The position numbers were made by a program, and so were the translations under genes. A stretch of DNA of 64,000 nucleotides from the NCBI RefSeq assembly GCF_009914755.1, contig NC_060947.1, one strand, 5' to 3'. The DNA comes from the human T2T-CHM13v2.0 reference genome, Homo sapiens. Below the pieces are notes generated by a model. That model had not been told where the DNA came from. It searched no databases and saw nothing but the letters and a program-made list of their open reading frames with translations. Shown in pieces: positions 53,480 through 64,000 of the stretch (the stretch's first letter is position 1; each line of letters begins with the position of its first letter).

Positions 53480-53920
53480 GCTCTTTTAACAAACAATAAT
53501 GATGTCCCTACTATGTGCCAGACACAGTTAATAGAGAGATTAGTTAAATAAGATCTCTACTGTGAGAGTCCCCACACACTGGTAGGGAAAGACAAAGCCA
53601 TTACACTACAGAATAGGTCGTTTGTATGATTGAAGCATGTGTAGCATTCTATGGGACAGAGATGAAGGAGGGAGTGACTGCTGAGAGTGAGCTCTCCCTA
53701 TCTCAGCAGGAGTCCCCCAGTGAACAGTGGGGAGAGGCCTTTCAAGAGAGCAGAACAACATTTTCAAAAGGCACTAAGAGAAGAAAGCAGATGCTGTGTT
53801 GTGAGCAATGTCTGGTACTTAGAGGCAGCTGGGGCGGGGGGTGGCATTTTTCACAGTAGCGGAAAATACCAAGTGTGTGAGTTGTAGAATAGAAAAGAAA
53901 GGAAAGAGTTGTTGCATGTG
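53480..53920 (-). mobile_element. L2 fragment
   Basis: 'ttaacaaacaataatgatgtccctactatgtgccagacacag...ggggagaggcctttcaagagagcagaacaac...aaaggcactaag'. Confidence 0.7.
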
Positions 53921-55739
53921 CCAGTATACCTAAAGCATCACACTGCCAAATATTAATACTTGGGCCCTACTTTTGGTATTAGGAGGAGAGCAGTGTAGTG
54001 TGGGTGAAACTAACAAAATGCTGGAAAGGATTCTTTTATTCTAGAAAGTTAAAGGTTAGAGTTAGGGAGAGATTATAAGGTGCTCTTTTTAAACTGTTTG
54101 CAAATAAATAGACACATCAAATCCTTTCTGATTATATCTAGCTAATCCTTCTCTGTGGACTTTTATGTAAACCTCAGCTCATATAGAGTTCCTGTAAGCA
54201 TTCAGCTGTTCCCTTGTGGCTTCATGAACCCTTGATTATTTCTTGCATTTTTCAAAATGTTTCTTTCATACAGTTCCTTTCACATTACACAAATGTCTAG
54301 GCTACACTAAGATATAGTATTTTAGGCATGACACAAAACACTATTATTTTAGCTTCAGTTTCTGAATTCACTTCACAGACATAAAATTTCTTTCTGAATG
54401 TATTTTTGTCAGCCCAAAACATAAGCACAGTAGGGCTATTTAGGGCTATTTTTATTTCTAGGGAAATGATGCATGCCCCCATGGTGACTATAGACAGGGG
54501 TCCAAACAGTAAATCAGTCCTCTGTCGACCGCAGAATGCGTTCAGAGTCAAGAGCCTGAGGTAGTAAGTTATTATTCAGTTGACTACTAGTTTGGGGGGA
54601 CTGAGAACTACAGAAATGACTCATTTTGGCCAGGGCCTCAAATAGGAAACAAATAGTATCTGCTTTCTTAAAGCTTTTGCCTAAATCAACAGGAGTTAAC
54701 TAGAGAGCCACCATTGAAAAAGAAAAAAAAAGTAAATCATTCTTCCACAAGAAAATGTTTTTATTTGTAGAATTTACAGCATAGGGGTATATTACATGTC
54801 ATTATAATCCAGTTTTTATATGCACATGTGTTTATATACTCTATATCAGCATACCCTCATGCACCATGGTAATTTAAATCCAAGACAGAATTGTTCCCCT
54901 TGTTGGGGCAGGCAGAGGCAGCCATAACTAAAAGAAGGTCTCAAATCTTTTTCTCAATTCTCATTCCTTTTCCAATTTGTTTACTGTCTTCTGCACCTCT
55001 CAGCACCATACTGTCACAACAAGTGGGTCCCACGTACTTGGGGAAAGCATTTCAGAAAACTGTTGTGGCTTATATTCCTCCATGGAAGCCTGGCAAAGGG
55101 AGCTCAGGGCAGCCAAAGAGCTCCTTCGTACTCATTCATGTTTGCATTATCAAACGCTGCAGTGTGGTTGCTGGGGATCTGCTAATAATAGCATCTACAT
55201 CTAAAATCACAACTTATTCATCTCTCTCACGAGCTGGAGATGTGTGTAACTTCCAACACTGGCTAGGTGAAAGTTTAACTTGACTCATACCATGTTGCGC
55301 AGGTTTAATAGCAAATTAGACATGTTAGAAAACTTGCTTTAAATATATATGTGGATGTGTATATACACTCTCTACATACACATTGTACACTCACATATAA
55401 TTTAAGCTTCACCTATTTCCAAACAGGGATGTAACATAATTGAAACAAGATTGTAGAGGAGAATGTTTAAAGAAAACAGAAGAACCTATTTCCAAACACT
55501 ACAGAAACATCTGTTTACATATGTGATGGAACTAGAAAAAGCTATGTGTTTTTAAAATCAACACCCAAATAAGGGCCACCCTTACAATGACACAGCAGAG
55601 CACAGCTGTGCCCTTCCTGCAAGGATGCTGTTGTGGTGCACAGCCCGTTGGGAGATCCCCTTGGAGAGTGTGGTCAAACCATGTATGAGGTTCTTCTCCT
55701 GGTCTTAGTGATGGGTAATAGACTTTTGAATGTGGTTTT

Positions 55740-56052
<313 letters not shown>

Positions 56053-56264
56053 GGTTTTAACTTTTAAAAACTAATCTAAGATGGTGATTCGGAGCCATGG
56101 ATGTTGAAAACCAGTTGTAAATAAAAGCAGTTAATGTGGTTCAAAATAAGAATGATTTCTTCTTGCACATAGTGAATGCCTTGAAGAGGAATTTTACAAG
56201 GCTTTGAACAGGAATAACAATATTGGACCACCGCTGTATACAAAATAGCATACAACCTATACAC

Positions 56265-56485
56265 GCTCACTCTCTTTACCCTACTTTATTTTTTCTCTTA
56301 AGTACTCATCATTCTCTCTCTCTCACTCTGTCCCTTTCTCTCTCTCCATGTTTTGAAGTGTCACCTCCCACAAGAATGTAAGGTCCATACAAGTGAGAAT
56401 GTTGTTTTAGTCACTGCTGTAACCCCAGCATCTCAAATAGTAGCTATCATATAACAACAGCTCAGTATCTTGAATGAGTAAGTGC
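56265..56485 (+). mobile_element. L2a-like 3' end
   Basis: 'agaatgtaaggtccatacaagtgagaatgttgttttagtcactgctgtaaccccagcatct...cagctcagtatcttgaatgagt'. Confidence 0.75.
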
Positions 56486-57418
56486 AAACATCTAAGGATA
56501 TCACTTTAAAGTTCAACCGTCCTAGTTTAGTTTGAGTATGCGTTTAGTCTTAGAATAAGTATGATTTTGTGCTGCCCTTTGGAAATCATACTGAACTAAT
56601 TATTAACCATTGGGTAAATTATTTGCTTTTGTTGGAAAGGAATAGAGTTTTATTTTATAATAATCTATGTTCCATATTAGCTTTATTCTGAGCCATCATA
56701 AAGCTAGTTTTACTGTTATTAATAGAGCTAGAATTTGACCCTCCAAGTGATTCTTCTGGTGTATATCCACCTTCATACTTTTGATTCATTCCCTCTACAA
56801 ATTGAAAAGAGGAGGCACAGGAGTGAAGATGTCGGCCTCCCTATGAATGGGGGTTAGTGCATGGGTAGTTATATTTGATGTATGTCATTAGGCATTTTCA
56901 AGAATGATAGAAGTCAAATTTTCATAACATGGGACAAGGAAACAAAAACATCATGAAGTTAACAGTTGAAAACACATGCAATTTTCTATTTTGGAAAGGC
57001 ATCTTGATCCTCAGAAATCTGCAGGATTGGACACACAGCAGCCAGTTTCAGAACCCTCACACTTGTCCTCTTCTTTGGAGTTATGAAGTCTGAGATGCAT
57101 CTGATACTTCCCTTTTGTCCTTCCTGCGATACTCCACTGTCACAGGACTAAAAAGCATTCAGCAGCTTTTCCCATTGGCCAGTAGTTGGAGAAGTTGGAT
57201 GGCTCCAAAGCTCTAAGGGAGCGGCCCTTAAGCAAGGCTTGACTCACTGTCACGGACGTTTCTAGCCACAAGGTCTAGGCAATATCTCTGCAAAGTGGTT
57301 AAACTAAACAAGCTTTCTTTAATTTTATATGCTTCTCATGAATATGTAAGTCATTAAATCCCTTGGTCACATCTCAGTGATGGGGTAAAAATATCCCTCT
57401 CTTAATATTGAAGTGTAC

Positions 57419-57447
57419 AAAACAAACAAACAAACAAACAAACAAAA
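57419..57447. repeat. (AAAC)n microsatellite
   Basis: About 7 units. Confidence 0.9.
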
Positions 57448-60060
57448 CCCAAGACCGTGTTAAAGGAAATAACATTGCTACAAGGTTAATTTTGCCTCAT
57501 ACAGCATTTCCTAGAACTGAATTGCCTGATCTCCTCCCTCGGGGGTTGCACCAATGCTTGCAATAACCAAGGCTGATTTTATTGGAAAATCACCTCTAGA
57601 TGAAGAACATACTCCAGAGGAGATTTTGTATGGGACAAACTGGTTTCTGGTGCCAGTGTCATGTTATCCAGGTTAGCACTCTTTGAGCTCCCAATCTTTC
57701 TGTTCATTCAGGCAGCACATTCATTAGCAACCCTTAAAACAGGGTAGAATAACTAGACATATCAGGGAATTTACTTTAAATTGTTTTCAAGACTTATTGG
57801 CTAGCAGGCCAGTATTCAAATTGTAGCTCTTAACATGCACATTGAATGTTTTACTAGTAGTGGTGAGACTCGCGGTAGTTTTTATTTCAAATGCTTAACA
57901 GATAACTCTTTAACATAATATAGGACACTCAAAGATCCTGCCTAATTGGGAAGAATTATGGAGGGTAGATTGATAGGAGAGAGTATGATGGTACTGAGTA
58001 GTGAAGATCTCATGTTACCTTTGTAGGCACAGCTTATCGAACAGGCATTTCCTGTTAGTTGGCTTTTTTAATTATAAAAAGAATCCATAGTTATCTTGAC
58101 AGCACAGCGTAGCACAACTCACCCAGAGACACAAATTCGGAAATATACCCCAGCTTCCAAACTTCACCAAGTGGAAATGGAGAATATTATAAATGGAATA
58201 CATTGAGCCTCCAGGAGGAAGGAAAGGGAGGAGGAAATTGATAGAGAAGCCACACATCTGCGAACTCTGGTGACCTTGGGATGACATTAATTCTAGAGGC
58301 TAGAGGACAGATACTCAAAAGCTGATTTGATTCAAGATGGGATACTTGGAGAAAAATCCAGAAAGGATAGTTTTATGAACAAGAGAGGGAAACAGCATAT
58401 ATCTCATCAAAGTACAGACTGCATCTGATCTTCCAGCTTCTTAGGCAAAACCTACAATAAGAAGGAGAGAAACGAACCCCCTGTTGTCTTCCTTTTGAAA
58501 GTCTCTCTGCCTGGGCCACTCACCAAAGCACAAGAAAACTTGTTCAGAGACAGTGTACCTAATGCCTACTTCTAGATTTGTAATAATTCAGACATTAATG
58601 TAGAAAGCCAAAATATCTGTCTATGCTGACTCATTGGTACCTTCCTTTTATGAATTTTGTGTCCAGATTACTATTATTTACTCTAACTGAGAGAGGGAAA
58701 GTAAAACAATTCCCAAGATTCGGCACTGACACAAAGCTTTTTAACTACTGATATAGGTGGCATATGGCTTAATACTTGGGTTTTCAGCAATCAAAAAGCA
58801 ACCCTGTGCAATATCACCGTAGCTCAGTTCCCAGTGGGCATAAGAGATGATTAGATATATTGAGTTCTTTGTGTCATTCAAAGAATAAAGAATCTCATAC
58901 ACATTGGTGTTAGCTTCCTCTCACTTCATTTCAATTTTCAATAACCAGTGTCATCACTTGTAACAGTTTCTTCATAATGAAACCTCATGTCGAATTGGAT
59001 TTGTCTTTCAAGTGAAAGCATATTGGGAAGCCTTCTGAAACCTCATCCTTGAAATAATTGTTACTGCTATAAAATTTTTACATATATATATAAATATATA
59101 ATTTATTTATTTCAAATTCCCCAAAGAAGAATAATATAGAAAATGAATAATAAAAACAAAATTATGACATTTGAAAAAAGTTATAGGTTCACTTTTCATA
59201 TTTGACAAGTCTGGGGGAAGAAGTGCTCTGGTTAATCCAAATAATTTGGTTAATAGAGCTACCACATATAGAGAGAATGATTTTCAAGGAATTAGAAGGC
59301 TATATACCCTTAATAAAAAAAAGAAACAATGTGATCCATAATATAATCTTTTCTAATTCAGAAAGACCATATAAGACTCTCACTGTGAATAGTTCTCATT
59401 GTGCCATTTGCACAGAAATTCTGATTACTCAAAAGTTCTAGGTGCTTGGACACAATCATGCTCAGTCTCATTTTCCAGAATATCAAATTATGTTCTTGGA
59501 TTTGGTAGTTTGGTGTTAAATCACACCTTTGCTCTATGTGGCTTCCTACCACCTCAACAAAACTATAGTCAATCACACTGTGATGTAAAAAAAACATACG
59601 GTAGTGTCTGCACAAATTCTACAGTGTCCAGGTTAAGTCAAGCATTGCCTAGACATTTTGTCTCCTACTTTCCCAACAAGAAGATAGTTGTATTGGGGTA
59701 GTTTTTCTATAGATTATAGATTATTGAGAGTAGAACTCCCCCAGGCTTTTTAGTGGTATAGATGACTGAAATCCAGACATATTGATCCTTGTAACATTTG
59801 GAGTGACAAGGGGTAGGAGCCCTGAACCTCTTGACTGCAAACCATCATGTTAGTTTATCCTGACATACTATTCCAATTCTTTCCTTTGTGGGCCAAGATT
59901 TGTAAAAGGTTAGGAATTACTATCCTAGGGATTTAGGTGTTGCATATCCATGTTCATTTTTTTGAAATTAAAATTCTATAAAGCAAGGTAAAGTACTCAG
60001 ATGGTAAAAGCTTTAAAGTCATGGTTCTCTCTTCCTTCAGCCAATTTGATGAGCTAAATA

Positions 60061-60392
60061 AGCATTTCTTAAAGTATTGTCCATGAATGGTGTTTTGAGG
60101 GATGTCAATAGGTATTGTGAAGGACAAAAATGTGTATGTCTTTGGGGTGTGTGTGTGAGTGTGCGTGTGTGTGCGCGTGTGTGTGTGTGTGTGTATTTGG
60201 TGGAGGGTGGTTAAATAAGTATGGGAAATTCTGAGTTTTAAAATTTTTCTTCTAAGTTGAATTTTGAGCCCTTAATATTACATTGTGCACCTCTAAGATG
60301 GGGGACATAGTTTATTGTTGTGTTTCCATAGCTTATTTGACCCTAGAAGCTTTTTGCCTATGGAATATCAGAATCAACTTTGAGACATGCTG
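60061..60392 (+). mobile_element. MER103C-like hAT element with an internal (TG)n tract (60147-60194)
   Basis: 'gggatgtcaataggtattgtgaa...ggttaaataagtatgggaaa...gagcccttaatatt...ggggacatagt...gcttatttgacc', homologous to the element at ~1 kb. Confidence 0.55.
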
Positions 60393-60790
60393 GAATGAGT
60401 AAAGTTGAGTTGTGTTGGTGATTTCGACGCATCAGTGGGTTAAGGAAAGTCATTGTTGTGTAAGGCTACCCCTAACTGAGCCAGAAGCAAAAATGTCTTT
60501 AGGCAACATGTTTCTGGCATATGGAGCCGCTGCAGCAAACCCTGGAAGGTTCACCAGCCTATCAATGGGGCCACTAAGCTGGACAGTGGTCCTAAGCAGG
60601 GAGTCTTTAAGCCACAGCCTCATTGCAAGCAGGTAAATTGAGCTAAAAAGTTGGAGATTTATGGTTCAACTAATTAGGTGATTATGAATACTCATATTGG
60701 CTAGGTCAGCATCGTTAGTAATGTCTATTCCTCTCTTAAACTTTCCCCATGGTAGACATATAAAGTGGGGATTTTGAGATCATTACACAA

Positions 60791-61127
60791 TTTTAACAGC
60801 TTTATTGAGATATAATTCACATATCATACAGTTCACTGATTTATACAATTCATTGGCTTATATATTCACAGATTTTTGTAACAATCACCGCAATCAATTT
60901 TAGAACATTTCTCTCACCCCCCAAGGGAGCCCTGTACCCGTTAAGCAGTCACTCCTCATTTCTCCCTCCAGTAAGCCTTGACCAGTAAACTACTTTCTGT
61001 CTCTATGGATTCACTTATTCTGGATATTTCATAAAAATGGAATCATACAGTATGTAACCTTTTGTGTCTGTTTCTTTCACTTAGTATGTTCTCAAAGTTC
61101 ATCCATGTTTTAGCATGGGTTAGAACC
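60791..61127 (-). mobile_element. L1MB-like 3' end
   Basis: 'ttttaacagctttattgagatataattcacatatcataca...ctactttctgtctctatggattcacttattctggatatttcataaaaatggaatcatacagtatg'. Confidence 0.9.
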
Positions 61128-64000
61128 ACTAGCTGATTCTAACTAGGGAATGTTACTAGGAAAAAAAGAATGGTCTTCCCTTTTCTACATTCTAAATGTA
61201 TAGGGAGAAGGAATTTGATGGCATTTTAAGAACATTGAGAGATATTGAAACAAAAGTAAATGATAACTTGATACATTCTGATGCTTAAGATAAAATGACT
61301 CTATTATGTGGATCCTTCTCAAAAGCATTGAACATCTTGTGGATTAGTTTTTAGTAAGCTGGTGTTAAGTATGAATGGTGTTCTTCAATTCTGTAAACTA
61401 TTCGTCCTACTTGCAAAACAAGGAGGTGGTGTGGCTATTGTATCACATATCTATGGCTTCCCAATTCATATTCTTACATCTGGCAATTTCCTATTTTATG
61501 AAATATTTTAATATGGCAAACTCATTCCAATTACACAGTCATTATAAGTTTTGCCAAGGTTGAGTATGGATCGTTTTGTGTTCATTAGAGCACAAAATTA
61601 GAATTTTCATTGCTGCAACCATAAACACCATTGGCACAAAGGATTTGAGCATTTTCTCATAAAATCTTGGACAACTGATAATTGTTGTTTTCCCTGTTTT
61701 TCAGCATATTTTAATTTTTTGAAACTATTTTCTGTATTTCCTCCCCTGGTATATTTCTTTTGGCCTAGAAGTGATTCTCTTCCAAACGGATGATGTCGCA
61801 CACGATGCATGAACTAGTGAACACAGAGAGCACCATCCCTAGAGTCAGGGGAAGGAGCATAAATTATTTCTTTAATTTTCTCAGCTTTAGTTGGTCCAAA
61901 GTCTGGCAGTTAGACCTGAGTAAGTCTGGAAAAACCGTCTGGCACACCTACATCTGTTCTCACATTTGCCAATCAGGATTTATCAAAAATCAATGGCTCA
62001 AAAACATGAAGCTCTTGAGAGGTGCTAATTTGTGGCTAAAGAATAATTCAAATGCAGCACCATTTGGTCTTCATGGAATATGGTTTCGATTTTGGGAAAT
62101 TCAATGACTGTTTCATCTTGCTCTCTTATATTCTCTGTTAAAAGAAGGAAAACTGGAAAGTAGTTCTAATCTAAGGACTTTATTTCCCCTACATTTGTCC
62201 CTTTGGAAATTTGGAATAACTTTGCCAAGGGGATTTAGATACATCAGTGCTATTTATTTATTAATGGTCACTCATACATCCCTGATCTCTTCCTACTTAT
62301 CAGGATGTTCTCAGCAAAACACCAACACTTGATTCTGTTTTTCACTTACCATCCCTTTTCTCCAACCCTCTGCCTGATATTCGAAGTCAATCACCTATGA
62401 AGAAGGTGACTCCCATTCCTCTCCCTCCGAGGCAGCAAAGAGGAGATAACATTCATTATTCATTGCAATGTTTCCACTTTGCCAAGATGTATTCTCTTAC
62501 TTCAAATTCAGAACAGTTTATTGGCTTCTGGGAGTTCAACAGCCATGGGTGGAGGAACATGTTCATTAGAGGAAGCACATGACTCTGCCAGATTTAACTA
62601 ACAGATTTTGAAGCTGGAGCAAGCAATTGGCTGGCACTCTTCAGGCATGAATGTCCTTTGGCTTGTGCTGTGCTCATTGTTACACAGGTGCTCCTTATAA
62701 AGTACGTGCACATTTCTAACATAAAACCAATAATGTCATTCACATACCAAAAACTATAGAGAGCTTATGCCCCCGTGACAAATTTGAGATGGGAGCAATC
62801 TACACTATGATGTATATGTATAGTATGATGCATATGTAACTGACTAGATTATACTTTGATACAGTTAGGTTGCGTTTATCAGACTTTGTAGATTTGGAGA
62901 TTAAAATGATTTGCTTTTGAACCTCATATGCTTGGGACAAGAGGTTTTGTCTCTGAAAGCCAAAAGCGTCTTGTCAAAAGGCCGCTTCCTTAATATTGCT
63001 TCTAAGGTCAGCTTTATGATGTCAGGTCTAGAGTATAAACATTAAACTCTACTACTGTTTGCAAAAATTTTGAAACGGAAAGATACCAAACCATATTTAG
63101 CTCACTAGTAAGTAAAACCCAAAGTGTGTGTGATAGATAAAATATGGGCATGTGTTAAAAAAAAAAACATGATGTATATTAGCAGAGTTGAACTGGGTCC
63201 CACAGATACAGCACAGAGAATAGAAAAATACTTCGACTTCTAAGAAAACACTCAATTGTTTGCTTTGTAGGATGTATATAGTCTTTGCCTAGAAGAGTTT
63301 TATTCTCTGTGAGGGAATCCACAGTGTACCAAATATTCCCTCTTGCAGGATCACAAATCACTTTCTGAATCCAACCAAAAGCTTCTCTGATTGCATGTGT
63401 TTATGAGGCTGGTGAGTGTCCAGGCCTTTGAAGAAGGAAGACTGTTTGGGTATATTTGTTACAGAAAAAGGAAGTTATGGAGGTTTCTCTGGAGCTGTTT
63501 ATCTTTTGTGAAAAAGTAGAATATGTCAAAATAGAGCCACAGCTTAAACTCTGGCAGTTCCCAGCAAATAAACGAGGCCTAATTATATGTAGGACTTCAG
63601 CTCTATTTAAATCAATAATAACAATGGAAATGATCACCAGATTTTTAATTTTTCTATAAAAAGTGAATTGAATGTCAGCTTCATATACTTTGGATGAACC
63701 TCAACTCTTCCTAGAGTGGAATAGCAACTATAGGAAATCAAAATGTAAAACCTTTTTACTATATGGACTTTGATTTTCTTCAGGGACAGAATTAACCACC
63801 AAAGATAATGATTAAACCTACCAGCTAATGAAAAGACAATAGTGAGATAGTGAGATTTGTAGAAAACTCATCATGTATATGCATGGGTGTGCATGTGTGT
63901 GGGGGTGTTTGTATACACTTTTAGCAAACATCGGTTTTCTTTCACTGGAGGCAAATCTGCCTAAATTCAGGGTTCTTACCTGAAGCCTATGCCTTCCATG

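Overview
This is 64 kb of AT-rich, CpG-depleted primate genomic DNA. AluY, HERV-W/LTR17, a MER11 LTR and L1PA elements indicate a catarrhine, plausibly human. It looks like a large intron or intergenic region, rich in ancient MIR/L2/MaLR/L1M/hAT repeats with only one Alu. I find no supportable intact protein-coding gene; the listed ORFs are chance or repeat-derived. There is one strong candidate 38-nt exon on + (43767-43804). The most unusual structure is a ~435-bp circularly permuted copy (12567-13001) of nearby unique sequence (10803-11312). Its end-to-start junction lies at a short microhomology, as expected for a reintegrated ~507-bp DNA circle or a double template switch. Also notable: a HERV-W remnant (env C-terminus + PPT + full 3' LTR) facing a MER11 solo LTR, an antisense L1 truncated at the position homologous to its insertion site in another L1, and a tandem-duplication/nested-palindrome cluster at 39.5 kb. 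Repeat names come from recalled consensus sequences, not a database search; old-repeat boundaries are approximate.
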